A stretch of 62,110 nt of DNA. Source: a virus. Taxonomy: Duplodnaviria; Heunggongvirae; Uroviricota; Caudoviricetes. The position numbers and the translations under genes are program-made. Positions 1 to 8,200 of this stretch are shown in pieces. Every line of letters starts with the position of its first letter. Within the stretch, counting starts at the first letter, position 1. Below the pieces are notes generated by a model. That model did no database searches. It was not told where the DNA came from and was given only the letters and a program-made list of their open reading frames with translations. The DNA is taken from IMG/VR virus record IMGVR_UViG_3300022753_000047; one strand, 5' to 3'.

Positions 1-62
1 GCCCGGAGTGGGGCGGCGGTGTTCCCTTGTCGGTGGGAGCGGTGCGGGGCGGCTTGCCCTTG

Positions 63-92
63 CACCCCTAACCGCAAAGGGGGGTCACCCTT
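63..92 (-). repeat. 30-bp conserved element, copy 1 (minus strand AAGGGTGACCCCCCTTTGCGGTTAGGGGTG)
   Basis: 19/19 identity with 1331-1349 and 26/30 identity with 46268-46297 (opposite strand). Confidence 0.8.
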
Positions 93-201
93 GCCCGAAG
101 TGGGGCGGCGGTGTCGGGGTGGCAAGGTCTGCCGCTGTCCTCGCCAGAGGGCAAAGGAAAAGCGGGGGCAGATAATGCCCCCGCCGTTGTGCGGTGTGTG
201 T

Positions 202-1182
202 TCAGTTTTCGGCGGTCATTTCTGCCCACATGGCAGGGGTGAAGCCGATTTTCTCCGCCTTTGCCTGTACCTGTTTCAACACTCGCCCGACATTGTTCGG
301 GTCAATGCCCAAGTAAGTCCCGATTGCTTTCTTGCCATAGCCACGCATACGCAGGTTGACAACGGTCAACTGACGGTCGGACAGGTTGAGGGCGGCAAGG
401 GTTTTCTCGTAGGTGTCCACGGTGGCGGGGTCGGCGGTGTAGTGTCCGTCTCGGTCATAGCCGCCAAGGTCTGCCCATTTCTGCAAGCGGTGGTAAATGG
501 TGTCCAGTCCGTCGGCGGTGACATCTTCAATGTAGGTGTATCCGTTGCGGGGGTCGGTCTGCATGGCGCGGCTGTTCTGAATGGCTCTGCGTACTGCCTT
601 GTACACCTCTTGAATGGGGGTGGTTTCCTCGTCCCGATATGCGGCGCTGTCCTCGGTGCGAATGTACACCTTGCGGGCAAGGCGGCGGACGGTGTAAGGG
701 GTGTCAAGCCAAGGGGCGGCGGGGTCTGCGTGTTCTGCCGCCTGTTCAATCAGAGCGGCGGCGGCGGTGTGTACAAGGTCGAGACCGTCGGAAAGGGTCT
801 CACCGATTAACTCACCAAAGGCGGCAAGGGCGGCGGGGTCTGCCGTTTCCGTTACCATGTCCCCGTCTGCGTTGTAGCGGGTGCGGGTTGCCTTGTCTGC
901 GGCGGTGCGGGTGTTCTCCAACAAGTGCAAGTCGTGGAACAGTCCCCGCTTGAGGTTGAGCAGTGCGGGGTTGTTGCCGCTGTTGCTTACGCTGTCCTGT
1001 TCGGCGGCGTTCTTGCGCTGAGGGTCAATGCACTTGTTGAGACAGGCGGCGGCGATTGCGGTGGACAGGTCGAGCAGTGCGGCGGTGTAGTCCGTCCCGC
1101 TTGCTATGCCCTGTTCAAAGTCCCGTTTGAGGGTTTCAAAGTCCTTGCGGGTTGCGGTGGTGTTGGTGGTGTTGGTTGTCAT
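202..1182 (-). CDS. Hypothetical protein with C-terminal LuxR/sigma-region-4-like HTH
   Basis: Open frame; ATG at 1182 preceded by SD GAAAGGA; C-terminus LSDRQLTVVNLRMRGYGKKAIGTYLGIDPNNVGRVLKQVQ fits an HTH pattern; own sigmaA promoter upstream. Confidence 0.7.
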   Translation of the reverse strand: MTTNTTNTTATRKDFETLKRDFEQGIASGTDYTAALLDLSTAIAAACLNKCIDPQRKNAAEQDSVSNSGNNPALLNLKRGLFHDLHLLENTRTAADKATRTRYNADGDMVTETADPAALAAFGELIGETLSDGLDLVHTAAAALIEQAAEHADPAAPWLDTPYTVRRLARKVYIRTEDSAAYRDEETTPIQEVYKAVRRAIQNSRAMQTDPRNGYTYIEDVTADGLDTIYHRLQKWADLGGYDRDGHYTADPATVDTYEKTLAALNLSDRQLTVVNLRMRGYGKKAIGTYLGIDPNNVGRVLKQVQAKAEKIGFTPAMWAEMTAEN

Positions 1183-1270
1183 GGTGTTCCGTCCTTTCTG
1201 TTGTGTGCGGCTGTCCCGTGTGGTGTGGTGTTGGTGGGTGTGCCGCCGTGGTGGGTATCTGACATTAGAC

Positions 1271-1299
1271 ATGATAGCACACCCCCGCCACAATGTCAA
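1271..1299 (-). promoter_or_regulatory. Leftward sigmaA promoter TTGACA-17-TATCAT
   Basis: Read directly on the minus strand ~90 nt upstream of ATG 1182. Confidence 0.8.
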
Positions 1300-1330
1300 C
1301 ATAATTTTTTCGTTGATGTGCTGACCATAT

Positions 1331-1349
1331 CCGCAAAGGGGGGTCACCC
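1331..1349 (-). repeat. Conserved element, copy 2 (GGGTGACCCCCCTTTGCGG)
   Basis: Exact 19-bp direct repeat of 72-90. Confidence 0.8.
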
Positions 1350-1388
1350 GCTGTTGTGGGTCTGTTGCCGCTGTTCTGCCGTGGTGGT

Positions 1389-1419
1389 CTATGTTGCAAT
1401 TTCACACTATGCAACATAG
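1389..1419. repeat. Perfect 10-bp inverted repeat with 11-bp spacer at the compositional boundary
   Basis: CTATGTTGCA-ATTTCACACTA-TGCAACATAG, followed by a G7 run and a GGGGGTG/CACCCCC inverted repeat (1421-1447). Confidence 0.75.
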
Positions 1420-1697
1420 GGGGGGTGGTTATGGTATTTTCACCCCCTCGCAGAGTGCAGAACTGTGGTAGTCGCTCTTTCTCCCACATACTTCCCAAAA
1501 AACTTTCTTCTCGCCAAACCATTGATATTACTGAACTTTTGCTTTGTGATCCCAACGAGATTTTGTTGGTTAAGCCTTTTGCGTGAAGCTGATCCTCACC
1601 AGAAGATAGAGGAAAACAAAGAAAAAGGCTTAACAAAGCAACATTGACTTTGCCCTTAAAATCATCAGAAAAATGCAAAGAAATCTATTTAATTATG

Positions 1698-1726
1698 TTG
1701 ACAAAGCAGGTGTTTTCTGCTATAAT
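1698..1726 (+). promoter_or_regulatory. Rightward consensus sigmaA promoter TTGACA-17-TATAAT
   Basis: Perfect -35/-10 hexamers 40 nt upstream of ATG 1767. Confidence 0.85.
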
Positions 1727-1766
1727 ATGACCATAATAAAATAACTCAAAAGGAGATGAAAATAAG

Positions 1767-2594
1767 ATGGCAAAGGTGATCCAGTTCATACCTCGATCAG
1801 AGCTTCAAGAAGACAAGTCCATAGACATGATGGCGATCCGCTCTAATGTCCGTAAGCTGAAAGCTGGTCTCATTGCCCCAGCCACCGAAGACACTTCCTG
1901 CGAACTGGCCGCTGAGCATACCTCCGAGCCTATCAAGGATATGGAGGACATCAACCGAATCTCCAGATACTTAATTGGTGAGGAACGCTACAGAGACAAT
2001 ATGCTGTTCATCGTAGGCATCAACTTCGGCTTGAGAGTCAGTGATTTGCGGATGCTCCGGTTCTCCCATCTTATCAATGAAGAATGCGTGTTCAAAGATA
2101 GCTTCGCCATTCTGGAGAAGAAGACCAAGAACACCCGTAAGCATCAGCGTAACCGCTACATCACCATCAACACGGCAGTCATCGAGGCTGTCACCCTGTA
2201 CCTTGAAAACACACCTGATGTTAAGCTCAGTGACTACCTGTTCCGCTCCGAGAGCAATCGTGGTTCTGGCGAGAATACTCCGATCCACCGTAACTCCATT
2301 GACCGGATCATGAAGGGTATCGCCAAAGACTTAGGTCTTGGTAACAAGATGGCTACCCACTCACTGCGTAAGACCTTTGCTTACCATCAGATGGTAATGA
2401 GCAACAACGATCCCCGTAAGCTCCTGCTTCTCCAGAAGATGTTCGGACATTCCTCCGCAGCACAGACGCTGGATTACATCGGTATTACTGGTGAGGAGAT
2501 CGAGGAGGCTTACCGGAAGCTGAACCTGGGCAGTCAGACTTGCAACTACCTCGTAGACAGCAGACTGATGGAGCAGGAAGTCAGCGTCGGCTAA
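1767..2594 (+). CDS. Tyrosine recombinase/integrase family protein (short)
   Basis: GLRVSDL, HSLRKT, MFGHSS, TLDYI catalytic motifs; SD AAGGAG. Confidence 0.9.
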   Translation: MAKVIQFIPRSELQEDKSIDMMAIRSNVRKLKAGLIAPATEDTSCELAAEHTSEPIKDMEDINRISRYLIGEERYRDNMLFIVGINFGLRVSDLRMLRFSHLINEECVFKDSFAILEKKTKNTRKHQRNRYITINTAVIEAVTLYLENTPDVKLSDYLFRSESNRGSGENTPIHRNSIDRIMKGIAKDLGLGNKMATHSLRKTFAYHQMVMSNNDPRKLLLLQKMFGHSSAAQTLDYIGITGEEIEEAYRKLNLGSQTCNYLVDSRLMEQEVSVG

Positions 2595-2670
2595 GGTCGG
2601 TCGAAGCTCAAAAATGCACCTTGAAAATCGAATAAAGCAAACCTATAGAAAGCGATCCCAAAAGCAGTTT

Positions 2671-2842
2671 TTGTACACACGCTGTGTACAAGAAAAAAAT
2701 TTAGCCCTTGTGGCACAAGGGTTTCAGGCTTTCAACTTATTAAGTATAATAAGTCTCCTGCGGAGACCATACAAACGGACAAAGCGGATGCTTGCATCCG
2801 ATGAAACAAACGCAAACGCGTCGCCCTTCCTGTGTACAAGAA
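2671..2842. repeat. Cluster of palindromes and a 13-bp direct repeat (possible origin/regulatory hub)
   Basis: IRs at 2671-2691, 2704-2722, 2735-2754, 2786-2801; CTGTGTACAAGAA at 2682 and 2830. Confidence 0.6.
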
Positions 2843-2884
2843 TTGGCGAGGCAAATCAACATATAGAAAGGTGGTGAGATTTAC

Positions 2885-4129
2885 TTGAGACATATCACGA
2901 TTGTGGATGCTCGAATGGGTCGAGGCAAGTCCTCCGCAGCCATTCGATACATGAACCGCTATAAGGGTAAGCGGTGCTTCCTCTATGTCACTCCGTATCT
3001 GACGGAGGTAGATCGAGTATGTGAGCTGTGTAACTTCGAGGAGCCCAACTGTGACTTTATGAGTAAGTCTTCCCAGCTCAAGGCGATGATGCGGCGCCGG
3101 TGTAATATCGCATCGACCCACGCACTGTTTACCCTGATGGATGATGAAGCCTTGGAACTGGCGAGAGAGAACGGCTACAGTCTCATCGTGGACGAGAGCA
3201 TCCAGATCATCCAGAGCGTTCCGGTCTCCCCAAAGGATAAAGAAATGATGATGGCGCACCTCATGGAGGTCAACGAAGAAGACGGCATGGTGTCCTGGGC
3301 GGACGATACCTATGAAGGTAAGTTTGAAGGTTACAAGCAGATGGCCGACACCGGCACCCTCTATCACTGTGCCGGAACACTGTATGAGGTAATGAACCCG
3401 AAGCGGTTCCTTCCCTTTGAGGAAGTATTTATGCTGACCTACCTGTTTGACGGCCAGCTCCAGAAAGCCTACTTCGACTACTACGGTTTCGACTATACGG
3501 TGATCGGCGTGGAGCAGGACGAGCGGGGCTATTACTTCTCCGACCGTCCCGACAACCCGCCGCCCATCGACTACTCCGGCCTTATCCATATTACTGGCGA
3601 GGACGAGGATGCCATGAACAGAAAGATGAATGAGATTGGTAATGGCCGCACGGCGCTGTCCGCAAGCTGGTTCAAACGGCGTGGCAAAGCCCACGATGAT
3701 GTTAAAACGCTCAAGCGCAATATGCGAAACTTCTTTGACTGCAAGACGGAGAGCAGATCAGACACCCGCCTGTGGACGACCTTTAAGGATTGTGAAGAGT
3801 GGCTGCTCGGCCCGAGAAACAGATACGCATCCAACTTCCTGTCTCTGAACGCAAGAGCAACCAACGCCTATAAGGGTGCCGACTGTGTGGCCTATCTGGT
3901 CAATCGTTTCGTCGATCCCAATATTGCGAAGTTTTTCGCAACCAAGGACATCAAGATAGACTCTGACCAGTTCGCTCTGTCAGAGATGCTGCAGTTCATC
4001 TGGCGTAGTGCTATCCGAGATGATAAGGAAATCAACCTATACATACCCAGTCGCCGCATGAGAATGCTGCTGACCGACTGGATCAAAGATACAAGTAATG
4101 GAGGTAACCATAGTGAGCAAGAGATTTGA
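2885..4129 (+). CDS. SF2 helicase-like P-loop NTPase
   Basis: Walker A GRGKS, Walker B LIVDES, C-terminal FIWRSAIR; TTG start with SD GAAAGGTGG. Confidence 0.65.
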   Translation: MRHITIVDARMGRGKSSAAIRYMNRYKGKRCFLYVTPYLTEVDRVCELCNFEEPNCDFMSKSSQLKAMMRRRCNIASTHALFTLMDDEALELARENGYSLIVDESIQIIQSVPVSPKDKEMMMAHLMEVNEEDGMVSWADDTYEGKFEGYKQMADTGTLYHCAGTLYEVMNPKRFLPFEEVFMLTYLFDGQLQKAYFDYYGFDYTVIGVEQDERGYYFSDRPDNPPPIDYSGLIHITGEDEDAMNRKMNEIGNGRTALSASWFKRRGKAHDDVKTLKRNMRNFFDCKTESRSDTRLWTTFKDCEEWLLGPRNRYASNFLSLNARATNAYKGADCVAYLVNRFVDPNIAKFFATKDIKIDSDQFALSEMLQFIWRSAIRDDKEINLYIPSRRMRMLLTDWIKDTSNGGNHSEQEI

Positions 4130-4286
4130 TGAAGCAATTACGAGGGGATGCTTGGCGTCCCCCGAAGAATATACATACGACTACCCAACCATGGAAGATG
4201 ATGATGAAGCCATTGAGGCGTTCATCGAGAAAAAGCGGCAGGAATACTATCGGGAATGGTTTAGTTATGTAAAGGATTTCGAGTAA
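4113..4286 (+). CDS. Small acidic hypothetical protein
   Basis: GTG start with SD GGAGGT, overlapping the stop of the upstream gene. Confidence 0.55.
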   Translation: MSKRFDEAITRGCLASPEEYTYDYPTMEDDDEAIEAFIEKKRQEYYREWFSYVKDFE

Positions 4287-4344
4287 ATCTTTCTTTTTTA
4301 GTTCCATCAACATAATAAAATAACTCGCAAAGAGGTGAAGTAAA

Positions 4345-7077
4345 CTGGCAAAGCAATTAACCTGTCAGAAGTACATCTATAAGCTGCACAGCAGTCGCCT
4401 GCGTAAGGCCAAGTGGCAGCTTACGCTTCCCATTGCGGAAGCCCGCCGGAACGACGAACTCATCTCACTGGCGGACAGTCAGGTGCTTCGATGGCTGGAC
4501 GAGCTGAACGGCATCACTGACGCAGACGCCAAGGCCAGAGAGATCAAGGGGCAAATTCGCCGTCTGAGAAAAGAGCAGAGCAGCCTGCAGAACAGACGCC
4601 AGATCAAGAAGCTGTATGAAGAGCTCGACTCCATCCAGTTCAAGCCTGACTATCTCTGTGTGATTATGGACAGAGAGAAAGATTATATCCGAGCCTGCAA
4701 GGGTTTTACCATCAACGGCATTCGATACCATCGTCTTTTGGGAACGAACGGCGGTGTCAAGAATGAGACCATCGTGTTTATCAGCGACCGTCACGGAGAT
4801 GAAATCCGCAGACGCATCGACAATGGTCGCAACCCGAATAAGGAAATGGTGGCAGCAAAGTTGGAAGCCTATAAGGCGCTGACCTGTAGCGCATCCAATC
4901 CGGTGTCCATGCCCAATGGTGTTTTGGTGGTCAATGACTGTGAAACACAGTTCCTGTCTGACATCATCTACATCAATGATGAACTGGACGGCGAACCGGT
5001 TATGGAAGACCGCCCCAATGTAATGGTGGACTTAAACGAGTCTGATGGCTACGGCATTATGCTCCCCAGTCTGGCAGACAGATGGGCAGAAGAAATTGGC
5101 ATTGACTACCGACCCAGCGGCGTGAACACACGGTTCTCGTGGGAAAAGGGTATGGTGTTCTGCTTTGACTTCCTGGAGTTTGCCGAGAAAGTGGCGGGCA
5201 ATTATCTGGTCAAGGATGCATGGGGCAACGAACACGATATCCGAAATGTGGAGCTGATCCTGACTACCTCCATGGTGAAGCTGTGGGATTCCTATGATAG
5301 CTGTGACGATTATCTGCGCAACTGCATCGAGAATGGCTATTCCTTTGGTATTGCCAAGGTTTGTCCCAAAACACTTGAGTCAGAGCGTAATCTGAACTAC
5401 CAGTTCATCCAGAGCTATGACTTGAGCGAAGAGGATATCGACGAACTGATTGCCCCCACAATGGACGAGATCAACGACATTCTGTATGCAGACTACCATA
5501 AGACGGTGTTGTTCTTAAAGGGTATGGGAATCAATGAGGACAATGTGGAAAGCATCGAGGATGATTACATCAAGGCGCTGATGGTGGAACCGAGAATGAT
5601 CGACGACCCCTATGTGCAGAGCAAGGTCTATCAGCTCATTAAGAACCGTATCAACGAAGCCAAGGTGGGCGTTATCAAAGTACACGGCAACTACTCTATC
5701 GTGTCCGGTGACCCCTACTCTCTGTGTCAGAGCATCTTCGGCTTGGAAGTCACCGGCATCCTGAAGAGCGAGGAAATTTACAACGGCTACTGGGTAGAGA
5801 ATGGCGCAGAGCATCTGGCCTGCTTCCGAGCACCCATGACTTGCCACAACAACATCCGAGCCGTGACGGTCAATCGATCTGAGGAAGCAAGACACTGGTA
5901 TCAGTACATGACTACCTGCACTGTTTTCAACTCATGGGACACTGCAGCTCACGCACTGAACGGTATGGACAAGGATGGCGACCTCGTCATGCTGACAGAC
6001 AACCGTGTGCTTGTAGATAACCTCCGCCCGCTCCCCGCACTGATGTGTGTGCAGCGCAAGGCCAAAAAGAAGATCGTGCGGGAGGAAGATTTCGTCCGGG
6101 CTAACATCGACAGTTTTGGAGATGATATTGGCAAGACGACCAACCGTATCACTTCCATGTTCGAGGTGCAGGCCAAGTACCCAAAAGACAGCGAGGAGTA
6201 CAAGATACTTGACTACCGTATCAAGTGCGGCCAGTTGTTTCAACAGAATGCCATCGATAAGGCCAAGGGCATTATCGCCAAGCCGATGCCCAAAGAGTGG
6301 TTTGATCGCCATCATGCTTTGATGATCGAAGATGAGAGCTTGCGGCGTATCTATCTCTCTATCCTGGCTGATAAGAAGCCGTACTTCATGAGGTATATCT
6401 ACCCAGACCTGATGAAGCAATACAATACATACATAAAGAACACCAACAAGAAAGCACAGCGTGAGTTCTCTATGTCGATTGACGAAATGCTTGAGAAAGA
6501 CCACGCTGAGCTTAGTGAGAATGAGCAGGAGTTTGTCCGCTACTACCTGACCTGTATGCCTGTCGGCATCAGCGATTGCGTAACCAACCGTATCTGCCGT
6601 AAGTTCGAGGACGCATTTGACGGATATGTGGGACGGCACAATTCAGAAACTGAGTTTGACTACACCATGATGAAGAGCGGTGCTGAGTACAGTCACTCAC
6701 AGTATAATGCGATCCTGCGGTTGTTCGACGACTATAACCGCCGTATCCGTGACTACGCTGTGTTCGCAAGTCGTGAGCGTATCGACAGCGACGAAGCGAT
6801 CTCTCATATGTACATGATGAAGATCGAGTTCAGGAATGCGTGTGATGCGGCTTGCTCAAATGCGCAGAGTCTCTGTGACATCCTTTTGGATATTTGTTAT
6901 CAGAGAAGCTGCACCAAGCGGTTTGCTTGGAATATGTGTGGAAAAGAAATTATCGGCAATCTCTTACAGAAAAACGGTAATCGTATCCACTTCCCTGTGT
7001 TAGACCAGGAAGGCGCCATCGAGTTTGGCGGAAACAGATTTTCGTTTTATGAAAAAGAGATTGGAGTGATCGAGTGA
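4345..7077 (+). CDS. yonO: Single-subunit RdRP-fold DNA-dependent RNA polymerase (SPbeta YonO-like)
   Basis: Catalytic NGMDKDGD (DxDGD) and FRAPMT motifs; ~910 aa; frame is open to CTG 4345, which has SD GAGGTG (ORF track starts at GTG 4483). Confidence 0.9.
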   Translation: MAKQLTCQKYIYKLHSSRLRKAKWQLTLPIAEARRNDELISLADSQVLRWLDELNGITDADAKAREIKGQIRRLRKEQSSLQNRRQIKKLYEELDSIQFKPDYLCVIMDREKDYIRACKGFTINGIRYHRLLGTNGGVKNETIVFISDRHGDEIRRRIDNGRNPNKEMVAAKLEAYKALTCSASNPVSMPNGVLVVNDCETQFLSDIIYINDELDGEPVMEDRPNVMVDLNESDGYGIMLPSLADRWAEEIGIDYRPSGVNTRFSWEKGMVFCFDFLEFAEKVAGNYLVKDAWGNEHDIRNVELILTTSMVKLWDSYDSCDDYLRNCIENGYSFGIAKVCPKTLESERNLNYQFIQSYDLSEEDIDELIAPTMDEINDILYADYHKTVLFLKGMGINEDNVESIEDDYIKALMVEPRMIDDPYVQSKVYQLIKNRINEAKVGVIKVHGNYSIVSGDPYSLCQSIFGLEVTGILKSEEIYNGYWVENGAEHLACFRAPMTCHNNIRAVTVNRSEEARHWYQYMTTCTVFNSWDTAAHALNGMDKDGDLVMLTDNRVLVDNLRPLPALMCVQRKAKKKIVREEDFVRANIDSFGDDIGKTTNRITSMFEVQAKYPKDSEEYKILDYRIKCGQLFQQNAIDKAKGIIAKPMPKEWFDRHHALMIEDESLRRIYLSILADKKPYFMRYIYPDLMKQYNTYIKNTNKKAQREFSMSIDEMLEKDHAELSENEQEFVRYYLTCMPVGISDCVTNRICRKFEDAFDGYVGRHNSETEFDYTMMKSGAEYSHSQYNAILRLFDDYNRRIRDYAVFASRERIDSDEAISHMYMMKIEFRNACDAACSNAQSLCDILLDICYQRSCTKRFAWNMCGKEIIGNLLQKNGNRIHFPVLDQEGAIEFGGNRFSFYEKEIGVIE

Positions 7078-7835
7078 GTATAGTGTTGAACGAGCGTGAA
7101 TGGGCGGAGAATGCGATTGCAAACCGCCAGCTCGGAAAGAAACCGGTGGAAACACTGAGCCGTGTAGCACGGTATTATTGCCAGAGCGAGAAGTACAAGA
7201 AAAGAGAAGTGCGGGCAAAGCTGGAGGACTTCCTCCTCCAGTGCGACCCCGGAGTGGTTCTGGTGAAATGGGCGGACACGATTGACAGGATCGTTCGTGC
7301 CGCAGATAAGTACCCTCTGATTGAACTGGAGGGTGTTGATGTTACGGAGGCAGAACTGCAGACAGTGCGCAGCCTTGAGGGGAAGCAACTGCAGCGCCTT
7401 GCCTTTACTTTGCTGTGTGTTGCCAAGTATTGGGACGCCACACAGCCAAAAAATAACGGATGGGTGAATACAGCCGACAAAGAAATCATGAAAATGGCGA
7501 ACATCAATACATCCATCAAACGACAGAGCCTTATGCTTCACGAGATGAAGAATGCCGGACTGCTGCGTTTCAGCAAGCGAGTCGATAGCTTAAATATCCA
7601 GGTGAGGTTTATCAGGACGAACAGTCCTGTGGCGATACATATTTCCGATTTTCGTAATCTTGGCAACCAATATCTGCTGTATTGCGGTGAGCCCTACTTC
7701 CAATGCGCACTGTGTGGATTGACAATTAAGAGCAAGGGTCATGGCTTAAAGTATTGCCCTGACTGCGCTGCAGAAATGTATGTGAAGAAGTCTGTAGAGT
7801 CGGTGATGCGAAAACGCAGTAACCAACGCATTTGA
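7074..7835 (+). CDS. Hypothetical protein with C-terminal CxxC...CxxC zinc finger
   Basis: CALCG and YCPDC motifs; start overlaps the RNAP stop (GTGA coupling). Confidence 0.7.
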   Translation: MSIVLNEREWAENAIANRQLGKKPVETLSRVARYYCQSEKYKKREVRAKLEDFLLQCDPGVVLVKWADTIDRIVRAADKYPLIELEGVDVTEAELQTVRSLEGKQLQRLAFTLLCVAKYWDATQPKNNGWVNTADKEIMKMANINTSIKRQSLMLHEMKNAGLLRFSKRVDSLNIQVRFIRTNSPVAIHISDFRNLGNQYLLYCGEPYFQCALCGLTIKSKGHGLKYCPDCAAEMYVKKSVESVMRKRSNQRI

Positions 7836-7865
7836 AATGAAACTGTTTGAAATCTGGAATGCCTT

Positions 7866-7890
7866 CCAGCCCTTGTGTCCCAAGGGCTGG
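7866..7890. repeat. Perfect 10-bp hairpin CCAGCCCTTG-TGTCC-CAAGGGCTGG
   Basis: Read directly; related to the palindrome at 2703-2723. Confidence 0.7.
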
Positions 7891-7984
7891 GGGCGCACTT
7901 GATGGGTGCATTAACTTGAGGGAAAATATACATTTTTGCCTCGACAAATATACATAAAAATTTGGAACAAAGGATGATGAAAAA

Positions 7985-8170
7985 TTGATCGCAATTTCCG
8001 TTGATGAAAAGAAGATTATTCGTGAGGAGTGTCCCCAGGTTCATATTGTCAGAACGATGAAGCAGCGTTCCAAGCGCCATCGTTACTACATGGCAGAAGA
8101 GCCTGCGGCAATGCGGGTACTGCGCCGTCTGCGTGGCGAGCCTGAGCGTCCTCGGAGAAAGGGAGTGTAA
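7985..8170 (+). CDS. Small basic hypothetical protein
   Basis: 61-aa ORF with SD, filling the gap before the phosphoesterase. Confidence 0.6.
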   Translation: MIAISVDEKKIIREECPQVHIVRTMKQRSKRHRYYMAEEPAAMRVLRRLRGEPERPRRKGV

Positions 8171-8200
8171 GCCATTACCAGTACAGCAAGCTACAAAGAG

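Noticed and set aside
19-810. 263-aa plus-strand ORF in the leader
   Set aside because: Antisense to the 202-1182 gene, which has the promoter, SD and HTH; the G/V-rich content reflects strand skew
2614-2877. 87-aa ORF in the recombinase-helicase gap
   Set aside because: Runs through the palindrome cluster and has no SD; the region is better explained as non-coding
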